From: a virus
Taxonomy: Duplodnaviria > Caudoviricetes
Virus record (IMG/VR): IMGVR_UViG_3300028805_000109
Coordinates: 2,478-66,477 of that record
DNA: 64,000 nucleotides
Direction: 5' to 3' (one strand)
Under the pieces are notes generated by a model that was given only the letters and a program-made list of their open reading frames with translations, was not told the origin of the DNA and made no database searches. Below, piece by piece: positions 1 to 9,381 of the stretch. Made by a program: the position numbers and the translations under genes. Every line of letters begins with the position of its first letter. The stretch's first letter is position 1.

Positions 1-207
1 GAACGTGATGAAATGAAAGTAAAATCTATCAGAAAAGCGAATGAAATGTTTGGGTTAGATTTAAATTTATCTTTTACCAAAAGTGGAAAATATAATCCAA
101 AAAAGTCAGACGATGATATTAGTGATAGTATTTTAGTTTACGCAAGTACGTTAGATAAATATAAAAAAGAAAATAAATTGTTGAAAAAATATAAAGCTAA
201 GAAATAA
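1..207 (+). CDS. 3' end of a gene running in from the left edge; probable RuvC-like Holliday junction resolvase
   Basis: Frame is open from position 1 (ERDEMKVK...). The C-terminal DDDISDSILV resembles the last acidic catalytic helix (DxxDAIxI) of phage RuvC-like proteins. Partial gene. Confidence 0.5.
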   Translation, partial: ERDEMKVKSIRKANEMFGLDLNLSFTKSGKYNPKKSDDDISDSILVYASTLDKYKKENKLLKKYKAKK

Positions 208-225
208 TGGGGAAAGGGGGATTAA

Positions 226-3200
226 ATGGCAAACGGATTTAATATGATGATTGGTAGTAAAGTTGATACTGCTCAACTTAATACTGCTATCGGAGATATT
301 ACCAAAAGTGTGCAGACTGCTATTAACAATGCTACCGCAGGTAAATTAACCAAAACTGTTAGTACATATGTTAGGAATATAGCTAATGCAGATGGTACTA
401 CTACGAAATATATTAAAACCCTAACAAGTTATACTAATGCGCAAGGGCAGAGTGTAGATGCTACGGGTAAGGCTGTAAAACAAGGAACTGCATTTTTAAC
501 TAATCAGAAGAGTCAGATTACAAGTACTAATAAGGCTACTCAGACCATAAAGACTAATACAACCGCTGTAGAGAAAAATGCAACGGCTGTACAGAATGGT
601 AGTAATGCTATGAGTAAGTTCGTTACTACTATTAGTAGAGTAGCTTATGTTAAATTAGCGGCAGATGCATTATCTTTATTTACTACGGCTTGTAATGAGG
701 CTAAAGAGGCTATATTTGATTTAGACGAAGCTATTACTGAATTTAATAAAGTAAGTGACTTGTCTGAAAGTGGAAATCTACAAGAATATATAGAACAGTT
801 GGGTGAACTAGGTGAAACTGTGGCAAGGACACGTTCTGAAATGCTAGAGGGCGCGACAATGTATGTTAAGAGCGGTTTCACAGAAGAAGAAGCGGCTACT
901 TTAGCACAAGTTAACGCCTTACTACAAAACGTTGCTGATAGTGAATTGTCAGCGTCAGAAGCATCTAATATACTTATTAGTACAATGAAAGCGTTTAATA
1001 TAACGGCAGATGAGGCAGTACATATCGTAGATGCCATAAATGAGGTTAAATTGTTTGTGACCTCTTTAAACAGGGTGAATTGCGGGGAACTTTTTAAAAA
1101 TTTATCTACTAACTTATAATGGTGACATTATAAGGGTTTAGACTAATCATCTAAAGAATAGTAAAAAGGATAAATAATTAGACAATCCGCAACCAAGATT
1201 CTATTGAAATATAGAATAAGGTTCAACGACTATCGAAAACAATCAAGATATAACTCTTGACAAATATAACTACCTTATGGTAGAATAAGCTGTAATAAAA
1301 CAGACGAAGTGAGTAGAGTAGGAGAAATCCAAAGTGCCCTGCCCTTATTATATATAAGGTGAAGATATAGTCTATTATAATAATAAATTTATAGTCAAAC
1401 AATTTCGCAGTATCATCCACAGATATATCGGATGGTTTAGCAAACGTAGCATCAACAGCTAGTGCGGCTGGAAATAGCCTCGAACAGACCGAGGGTATGT
1501 TGACTGCTATGGTTGAAATAACCCAGAGCGCAAGTAAAAGCTCTCGTGGACTTAAATTTTGTCTAGGTGCACGTTAAAATATAGTGAATTATGGGGAAAC
1601 CCTGCTAAGTTCCATTTACTAAGATATAATATAAGCAAAAATGTGAAATTTATATTGGCATAATGTAATGATTATGGTATAGTAATAAGAGTGGAAATAG
1701 GGGCAATCCGTAGCCAAGCAACCTAAAGTAAGGTTGAAGGTTCAGAGACTATCCTTTATGGAGTAGGAACAAGTGTTCCGAAGTGCTATAAATTATATAT
1801 TTAATAATATATAATTAAGATATAGTCCGAACTTCTAAGAGATTAGAAGGAGTTGAATAAAATTAAGATAGAAATCCTCAATTTTATAGAAACCGTCAAA
1901 GTGTAACGAACTTTGATGAACAAAATTTTGTAGACAGATTATTGCTCGTTTAACACAGACGCTAGATTCATCTAGCTCTACGGGTAACAAACTTAAAGCT
2001 ATATATAGTGAATTGGGTATATCATTAACTGATTCAGAAGGACAATTAAGAAGCACTTATGATATATTAAAAGACCTTTCAGAACAGTGGGAAAGTTTAG
2101 ATAGTAATACACAACAGTATATAGCACTTACATCAGCGGGGTCTAACCAAGTTAACAATTTCCTCGCCCTTATGGAAAATTTTGATGCCGCTATCGATGC
2201 AACAGCAACAGCCTATGGGTCAGCTAATTCAGCAATGAACGAAAACGAAGCCTATATGGAGTCGTTAGCCGCGAAACTCAATTTATTAAAAGCTCAGTTT
2301 GTTGAGCTTGTAACAGGTGATGGTGGTTTATCTAGTTTTATTAAATTAATCATAGATGCCGCTACAAAATGCCTTGAATTTGCTAATAGCGGTGTCGGTC
2401 AAGTTACTATCGCTATGGGATTAGCCACTGCCGCAGTTGCGGCATTTTTAAGTGTTATCAAAGCAAAAAGTGAAGTAAGTCTATTCGCTTACGCAATTAC
2501 TGAGTTAATAGCTGGTACAACAACACTTACAGAAGTAGTTTCGGTATTAACCGCTGAATTGCTTGCTAACCCTCTATTTTGGGGTGCGGCAGTTGTAGCG
2601 GGAATTGTCGCTATAGTAAAAATTGTAGATAAACTTACAGTCTCACTTGAAGAACAAGCCGAGGCATTATCACAAGCTAATGAAGAATACGAAAATGCTA
2701 AATCTGAAATTGAGAGTTTAGAATCGCAATTAGCGACTGTAAAAGAACAGATTGATGATATTAATAAAGCTAAACTTGAAATTACCGACCAAGATGAACT
2801 AAATGCACTACAACTACAGTCAGAAGAGTTAAAAGACCAAGAAGCTACATTAAGAAATCAACTTGCAATACAATTAGCTAAAGAAGCGTCAGCTAAAGAA
2901 GAAGCTAAAACACTAGCTAAATCATTAAAATCAAGAGATGATTTTAGCGTATATGGAACGGCAACAGATATTGATGATAACCTATATGGATATTATAGCG
3001 GTACTACAGGTGATATTGGTAGTTCAATTCAAAGTGCCATAGATACATATAAAGAATTAAACGAAGAATACGAAAAGAATTCTGAGCAATTAACTTATTT
3101 AGAAGAACGTGGACAAAAAGCTAGTAAAACATATGCTGAATTAAGTGAACGTAATGAGGAATTAAGAGAGTCTATGGCTGACCTTAATTCCGAAGTCACA

Positions 3201-5366
3201 ACTACAGTAGAACAAGCCGAGGATATTAGACAAGCAGGTGAAGATACTGATGGAGTACTAAAAAATTTAATTGACAGTTGGTTTGAAGTAACAGGTATCG
3301 CTGATAAAGTAGAACAAGCCATAAGCGGTGTAGAAGATTCTGAGAGTGATACTACAGAGACAACAGAAGAAGCGGTATCAGTACTAGAAAGTCTTTCCGA
3401 TTCTCTCAATTCTATTAGTTCCGCTTATGATGCTTTATCAAGTGCAGTAGAAGAGTATAATAAAAAAGGTGCTTTATCTGTTGATACATTAACTAGCCTA
3501 TTAGAAAACTATCCACAGTATATACAATATCTTTATGATGAAAATGGTGAGATTAACCTTAATTCAGATGCTTTACAGACTTTAGCAGACGCTCGAAAAC
3601 GTGATGCCTTACAACAAGTAGCACAAGCAGAAGCGGCTGATTTACAAGCATATGCAGAAGGTAATCTTAATGAAGTTTCTGAAACAGGTAAAGCTATACT
3701 TAGCGCATATGGTAGCGAAATAGAAAACGTTGGAAATAAGGCTTATGATGCAAGTAATGGCATTGTAGCTTTTGCTTACGCCAATGCTTTAGCGACAGCA
3801 CAAGAGAATAATGTAGATTTAAGTGGACTCGAAGCATTGAAAAATGGTTGGGATTCCATTAGAAAATCTATACAAGATACAGATACCACAGTAAATAAGT
3901 ATTCTAGTTCAAGCTCTAAAGCGGCTAGTTCAAGTTCTGACGCATGGAAAAAGGCTTTTGAAAAAGAGAAAGACGCTCTTGACCACTTACTAGCTATGGA
4001 AGAAATCTCAGAGGAAGAGTATTATAAGAGATTATCAGAGCTTAATGAGAAATACTTTGGCGAAGCTAGTGGTATGCATGAAAAGTATCTTGAAGAATAT
4101 CAAGAGAACGAAGAAGCTATCTATAAAGGACTAGTTTCAGCATACAAAGATAAAGTCGAAGAAGAAAAAGATGCCGCTTTAGATGCTATAGACGATGTTA
4201 TAGACGCTCTTGAAAAGGAGAAAGATGCCGCTCTTGACGCTATTGATGACCAAATAGACGCTCTAAAGAAAGCGCAAGAAGATGCTTTAGATGCAATTGA
4301 CGCAGAGATTAAAGCTCTCGAAAAGGCACAAGAAGCACAACATAACTATTATCAAGAAAAGATAGATGCTCTTGAAAAAGCACATGATTTACAAGAGCAG
4401 ATAAATCAGCTTGAAGAGTATGAAAATCAATTAGCACAAGCTAAAGCAACTAAAGTATGGGTAATGAAAGATGGTCAGTTTCAACTTTCAGAGGATGAAA
4501 GTTCTGTATCTACAGCAGAACAGCAGTTATCCGACTACAAAGATGAAATGGATTACGAACAGCAGTTACAAGAGTTGCAAGACCTACAAGACTATTGGGA
4601 TGAATATTATGATAATCTTATAGAGCAGAAAGAAGAGTATCGTGATTATATCGAAGAGTATTACGAAAGTCAAATTGAAGCTCTCGAAGAATATCGTGAC
4701 CAAGTAGAAGAACAATACGAAGCTGAAATCGAAGCATTAGAGGAACAGAAAGAAGCTCTTGAAGAATACTATGACGAGATGCTTGAAAATTACAAGAGTC
4801 ATGTTGATAGTATGATGGATGAGTGGTCTAGTTTTATTTCTGAAAGCGACTCTAAGTATTCAGAGTCTTTAGCTGGATTATCCGAATATGTAAGCTCATG
4901 GAATTCTTTAGTATCATCTATGGCTACACCTACAGCTAGTGGTGGTGGAGCTTATAATGAAGCAAGTCATACTGCCTCAGTATCATTAATGAGTAGTGGT
5001 AATGCAGAAATTGGAGCTTACGCTAGTGGATATGGTAGCGCAGTAAAGGATTCTGAAATCGCCCTTGTTGGTGAAAGTCCTAACACAGAAATGTTAATCG
5101 GTTCAAAGATTAATACAGGTGTGGTAACTAGATTACAAAAGGGTAGCGGTGTAGTTAATGCAGAGTCCACTAAGACATTAGCAGGAATACTTAATTCATT
5201 AGGTAAGAACTCTTATGTCGGTGGTGGAAGTGGCAGTACAACTACACAGAATTTCTCCTTTGGTTCAATATCATTACCAAACGTTACCGATGGTAATAGC
5301 TTTGTAGAAGCACTGAAAAATACTTTTAGTTCATACACGATTCAATATGCTAATGCAAAAGCGTAA
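226..5366 (+). CDS. Tail tape measure protein, spliced: join(226..1047,1395..1552,1931..5366), 1471 aa
   Basis: TP901-type TMP motifs (LDEAITEFNKV...ADSELSASEASNILISTMKAF). The exons join in frame as ...VDAINEV|SNNFAVSSTDISDGL...SKSSRGL|RQIIARLTQ.... Total 4416 nt = 1472 codons. Long acidic coiled coils follow. Confidence 0.92.
1048..1394 (+). ncRNA. Group I intron 1 (ORF-less, IA-like) in the tape measure gene
   Basis: 5' exon ends in U1047 and the intron ends in G1394. P1 is GAGGUU/GACCUC with the U.G wobble at the splice site. Core elements: P AAUUGCGGGGAAC, Q AAUCCGCAACCAAG, R UUCAACGACUA, S AAGAUAUAGUCU. P3 CAGGGU/GCCCUG. Confidence 0.93.
1553..1930 (+). ncRNA. Group I intron 2 (ORF-less, IA-like) in the tape measure gene
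   Basis: 5' exon ends in U1552 and the intron ends in G1930. P1 pairs CGUGGACU with GGUGCACG (U.G at the splice site). Core elements: P AAUUAUGGGGAAAC, Q AAUCCGUAGCCAAG, R UUCAGAGACUA, S AAGAUAUAGUCC. P3 UAUAGU/GCUAUA. Splicing rebuilds codon CT|T (Leu). Confidence 0.92.
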
Positions 5367-5457
5367 ATTTTGACATTTTAGCCACTTATTTTATTTTAAT
5401 GACAAATTGTCCATTGAAGTAATTTAAGTGGCTTTAAACGTCAAAATTCGCAGAAAT
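5367..5457. repeat. Dispersed ~90-bp imperfect hairpin element, copy A
   Basis: TTTTGAC...GTCAAAA and GCCACTTA/TAAGTGGC arms with tail CAAAATTCGCAGAAAT, which is shared with the copy at 16628-16719. Confidence 0.75.
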
Positions 5458-5472
5458 ATAGGTATATAAATT

Positions 5473-5751
5473 ATGGCAGACCAAAATAAAGAAGCAATGG
5501 GTGAAATCATTAAAGGTATGTCATATCTTGTTGATAAAAAATTTAATGATTCAGCCACTTTAATCTATACGGGAATTATCACGCAAGTATCTGAAATAGA
5601 TAGTGTTCATTATTACAGTGTAAAAATCAATGGTAATACATATCAAAACGTACAGTCTATTACTAGTGCACTATCAGTTAATCAGATAGTTAAAGTTGTA
5701 ATTCCACAAGGTCAATATAATCAAATGTTTATATTGGGATATTTTCAGTAA
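5473..5751 (+). CDS. Small tail/baseplate protein (OB-fold spike/hub-like), 92 aa
   Basis: Follows the TMP. The pattern YTGIITQV...YSVKING...VKVVIPQGQYNQMFILG is typical of post-TMP tail proteins. Confidence 0.6.
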   Translation: MADQNKEAMGEIIKGMSYLVDKKFNDSATLIYTGIITQVSEIDSVHYYSVKINGNTYQNVQSITSALSVNQIVKVVIPQGQYNQMFILGYFQ

Positions 5752-5765
5752 GAAAGGAATAAATC

Positions 5766-5969
5766 ATGTATTCAATACTTATTTTAGGCAGTAACTCAAA
5801 GTACTCATACTATCTTAATGCAGATGGTACAGTATATACTACAGATAATCTTGAAATAGTTGGCAATAAGATAGTAGAGTTACTTGCTACTTATACTCTA
5901 TCTCAGTTATCAGTAGTTAAGAATTGTGTTATCACGAGCACAATTACAGTAGAAGAAGTAACAGCTTAA
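5766..5969 (+). CDS. Hypothetical protein, 67 aa
   Basis: AAAGGA RBS and ATG; lies in the tail operon. Confidence 0.65.
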   Translation: MYSILILGSNSKYSYYLNADGTVYTTDNLEIVGNKIVELLATYTLSQLSVVKNCVITSTITVEEVTA

Positions 5970-6103
5970 TTATATCGCTAATGGTACAAGCGAACTAAAT
6001 ACCAAACGTTTAATTATATATAAGTTCCGCAATGATATATAATAAATACAACGTATCTTGCCGTTTCATGCGTTTTAAAATAATTGAACCGATTGACAGG
6101 TGC

Positions 6104-6142
6104 GCATCTAAAAGTGGGGTCGGATGTAAAAGAGAACCCCAC
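6104..6142 (+). ncRNA. Possible H-type RNA pseudoknot in an intergenic leader
   Basis: S1 GCAUCU/GGAUGU, L1 AAAA, S2 GUGGGGU/ACCCCAC, L3 AAAAGAGA. GC-rich island in an AT-rich spacer. Confidence 0.4.
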
Positions 6143-6175
6143 AAACAATAAAATTTGAAAGGAAATAAAGCGGTT

Positions 6176-6601
6176 ATGGTTATTGCAGATTTTAGCAATA
6201 CTAATGACGTTACTATATACACTAAAACGCCTTTATTTCAATATGATAAGGGTCAACATTTAAATATATTAGGTCTAAGCTCAGATAATTTTTATCAAGC
6301 TGAGTTTGTTACCGATATATCAGATACTATAGTAAATGATTGTGAAGATATAGATAACGGATTTAGAATATCTATTCCCGATACTATATTATCCGAAAGT
6401 GGTCATTATAAAGATTATTGGATTAATGTTTATATTAGTTTTTCAGACGGAGATGATATTGTCAACGTAATCAGAGCCGTTAAAATATACGTTAAATTTA
6501 TATCCGATAAAACGTCATCTCTTACAACAAGTAACAGCGATGGTATCAATGTTAGCGATGATGATAACGGAAATGTAATTATAGATGGGATAGGTGGGTG
6601 A
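6176..6601 (+). CDS. Baseplate upper/BppU N-terminal-like protein
   Basis: TKTPLFQYDKGQHLNILGL...IPDTIL...VYIS pattern; RBS AAAGGA favours the ATG at 6176. Confidence 0.55.
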   Translation: MVIADFSNTNDVTIYTKTPLFQYDKGQHLNILGLSSDNFYQAEFVTDISDTIVNDCEDIDNGFRISIPDTILSESGHYKDYWINVYISFSDGDDIVNVIRAVKIYVKFISDKTSSLTTSNSDGINVSDDDNGNVIIDGIGG

Positions 6602-6608
6602 GTAGCGC

Positions 6609-8684
6609 ATGAAACAAATGAGTACATTACAGTTAGGTAAGAACATCTATGAAATTAATGATGCTACCGCTCGTAAGTTAATCACAGAATTAAGTAAAAA
6701 TTTAGATAATGTTAAAGTCGTTGATGGTAAATCAGCCTATGAGATTGCTGTTGAAAATGGATTTGTTGGCAGTGAAGCCGATTGGTTAGCAAGCCTTAAA
6801 GGTGAAAAGGGCGATACAGGTAATGGTATATCTACTATCACCAAGAAATCAACTACTAATAATATAGATACTTATACTATCACATTTACCAATGGAAACA
6901 CAATAGATTACAATGTAACTAATGGTGTTGATGGTGTAGGAATATCAGATATATCCTATAAAGAAACTGATAGTAATGGTAATTATATTTACACGATAAC
7001 CTTGACGGATGATGGTAGTTATGATATAATCGTACCAAAAGGTGATATCGGAATACAAGGAATTCAAGGTGAAGTAGGTGAAACGCCTAATATATCAATG
7101 ACAGCAGAGGTCAATGATACTGTTGGTACTCCATCTGTTACAGTTACTAAGTCGGGTACTAATGAGAGTCCATCTTTTAATTTGGCTTTTAGTAACTTAA
7201 AAGGAATACAAGGTATTCAAGGAGAGCAAGGCGAAAAAGGAGATAAAGGAGATAAAGGGGATAAGGGAGATAAAGGAGATACAGGTGCACAAGGTATTCA
7301 AGGCGAACAAGGCATACAAGGAATACAAGGCTTATCCGCATATGAAGTAGCAGTACAGAACGGATTTAGCGGTACAGAGTCAGAATGGCTTGAAAGTCTA
7401 AAAGGCGAAGAATATGATGATAAACCAATATGGAAAGTACAAGGAGAACTAGGTGCTAAGAATTTACTTGTATATCCGTATAGTACTAAATCGGTATATA
7501 GCTTAAATGGTATAACATTTACTGATAATGGAGATGGCAGTGTTACAGTAGAGGGAACACCAACAAGTTATTCACAGTTTTATTTTATGAGTAACGTTAC
7601 TCTTAAAAAAGGTTCATATATTTTAAGTACAGTTGATTTATTGCCATCATACACTTATGTGCAAGTAACAGAAGTTTCTACTACAACAGTAATTAGTAGT
7701 GTTGGAAACAATACAACTAAAGAAAATACGTTTACAATTGATGAAGATAAAATCGTAAATGTAAAAATTTACATATCATCATCCGCAAGTGGTATTCCTT
7801 TGGATATGATAGTATACGGAATGTTACGCAATGCATCCGATACGGATGATACATGGCAACCTTATGCACCAACAAATAAGACATTAAAACAAGAACTAGA
7901 TAATGATATAAATGGTATTTGGGCAATTCAAGGTAAATTTGGTGCAAAGAACCTTTTAAAGACACCATATGCTAACCCAACACCATATTATTCAGCGGGT
8001 ATTACTTATTCCGAAAGTGACGATAGTGGAATTGTTATCAATGGAACATCAACGGCTTACAGTATATTACAGATAATACGTGAAGCTAATGCATTACCTC
8101 ATGGCGAATATATCTTATCAACACAAGGAATTTTACCTAGTGGTGTATCAGTGCAGTTTGGTTATGTCACACAAGGAGAAACAGTTGCTTTTGTACAAAA
8201 AGGTTATAATAACACATCAACATCTAGCATGGAAGTTACTATTGATGATAGTTTTGATGGAAGTTTAATAAATATTAGAATAGGAATTAGTAGCGGAATA
8301 ACAGTAGATAATCTTGAAATACATCCAATGTTGCGATATGCAGAAGATACAGACAGTACATGGCAACCTTATGCAATGTCGAACAAACAATTAACTGATG
8401 CTATAATGAGTAATGGAGAAGAAATAGCCAACGAAAGCACAGTATCACAAGAATTAAAGCCTAACTACTTCCATCTGTTCACTAATGCAGTAGAGAGTCT
8501 TACAATCACACTTCCATCTAATCGCCGCCCTTGGAATGAGTTTAATTTTGCATTTACCACATCATCAAGCGGTTGCAATTTAGCTCTGCCTAGTGCAGTA
8601 ACATGGATAGGCGATACTCCTACTCTTGATGCTAACACATATTATGAAGTATCAATAAAGAACGATAAGGCGGTGCTAGGATGA
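6609..8684 (+). CDS. Collagen-repeat tail fibre / receptor-binding protein, 691 aa
   Basis: Gly-X-Y runs (GEKGDKGDKGDKGDKGDTG), two SAYExAVxNGFxGxExxWLxSLKG motifs, and two tandem GAKNLL...TWQPYA beta-sandwich-like modules. Confidence 0.85.
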   Translation: MKQMSTLQLGKNIYEINDATARKLITELSKNLDNVKVVDGKSAYEIAVENGFVGSEADWLASLKGEKGDTGNGISTITKKSTTNNIDTYTITFTNGNTIDYNVTNGVDGVGISDISYKETDSNGNYIYTITLTDDGSYDIIVPKGDIGIQGIQGEVGETPNISMTAEVNDTVGTPSVTVTKSGTNESPSFNLAFSNLKGIQGIQGEQGEKGDKGDKGDKGDKGDTGAQGIQGEQGIQGIQGLSAYEVAVQNGFSGTESEWLESLKGEEYDDKPIWKVQGELGAKNLLVYPYSTKSVYSLNGITFTDNGDGSVTVEGTPTSYSQFYFMSNVTLKKGSYILSTVDLLPSYTYVQVTEVSTTTVISSVGNNTTKENTFTIDEDKIVNVKIYISSSASGIPLDMIVYGMLRNASDTDDTWQPYAPTNKTLKQELDNDINGIWAIQGKFGAKNLLKTPYANPTPYYSAGITYSESDDSGIVINGTSTAYSILQIIREANALPHGEYILSTQGILPSGVSVQFGYVTQGETVAFVQKGYNNTSTSSMEVTIDDSFDGSLINIRIGISSGITVDNLEIHPMLRYAEDTDSTWQPYAMSNKQLTDAIMSNGEEIANESTVSQELKPNYFHLFTNAVESLTITLPSNRRPWNEFNFAFTTSSSGCNLALPSAVTWIGDTPTLDANTYYEVSIKNDKAVLG

Positions 8685-9043
8685 GTGAGTTTAGAAGAAG
8701 ATTGTTAGTGAAAAACGCCAATAAAGGCGGTATAAAGTTACCTACATATGATAAGGCTACTTACCCATATACCGCCTTGCTAAAAGGCACATTTATAAGT
8801 GGCATAGCAAACAGTACAGGAATTTCAAGCGGATATGCGTTTTGTCTTAGTAATTTGACAATTTCGAGATTTAAATACAATGTAGCTGGTTATCTATGGG
8901 GTTCAAGAACAAATGCTCATGGAATTGTATATGCGTCCTCAGACGGTATCACATGGCAAAGTATCTATGAGGGTGATAACTATGTAAAAACGGGTTTAAG
9001 TACAATTGAAGAAACGATATATGATACTATTACTAGCACATAA
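8681..9043 (+). CDS. Hypothetical tail-fibre-associated protein
   Basis: ATGA overlap with the fibre stop; N-terminal FRRRLL motif seen in fibre-associated genes. Confidence 0.65.
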   Translation: MSEFRRRLLVKNANKGGIKLPTYDKATYPYTALLKGTFISGIANSTGISSGYAFCLSNLTISRFKYNVAGYLWGSRTNAHGIVYASSDGITWQSIYEGDNYVKTGLSTIEETIYDTITST

Positions 9044-9054
9044 TGGAGAAAAGT

Positions 9055-9357
9055 ATGACATACGGAAAATTAGTAAACGGGGAATTTATTTCAGCACCAA
9101 AACAGTTTACCGAGGAAATTACCCATACTCATACAGAAACGTATTTTGATGAAGAAACAAACGAAGAAAAGACAATTACATATGAAGATACCGAAGAGGT
9201 AACAGTGATTGGATTTACCGAGGAATATCTAAAATCTAAGGGATATAAACCATTACAGATTACAGATAACACAACAGATAATGCAATAAATATAGTTAGA
9301 ACATATACAGAAGATGATAATTATATTTATTGTGTTATATCAGACTCAGATGAGTAA
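9055..9357 (+). CDS. Hypothetical protein (possible fibre assembly chaperone)
   Basis: GGAG RBS before MTYGKLVNG; position after the fibre genes. Confidence 0.6.
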   Translation: MTYGKLVNGEFISAPKQFTEEITHTHTETYFDEETNEEKTITYEDTEEVTVIGFTEEYLKSKGYKPLQITDNTTDNAINIVRTYTEDDNYIYCVISDSDE

Positions 9358-9381
9358 TTATAAAAAGAACGGAGGTAGAAA

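Noticed and set aside
226-1119. 297-aa ORF as a complete gene, and 2013..5366 as a separate TTG-start gene
   Set aside because: The last 24 codons read into intron 1 and the TTG at 2013 has no RBS. Both are exons of one spliced TMP.
1223-2056. Minus-strand ORFs 1223..1420 and 1835..2056 as intron-encoded homing endonucleases
   Set aside because: Antisense to the introns, short, and lacking LAGLIDADG, GIY-YIG or HNH motifs.
6104-6142. Programmed -1 frameshift signal at the pseudoknot
   Set aside because: It is intergenic, with no slippery heptamer in an open frame at the right distance.
6609-8684. Diversity-generating retroelement target in the tail fibre
   Set aside because: No reverse transcriptase and no template/variable repeat pair with adenine-specific differences in this window.
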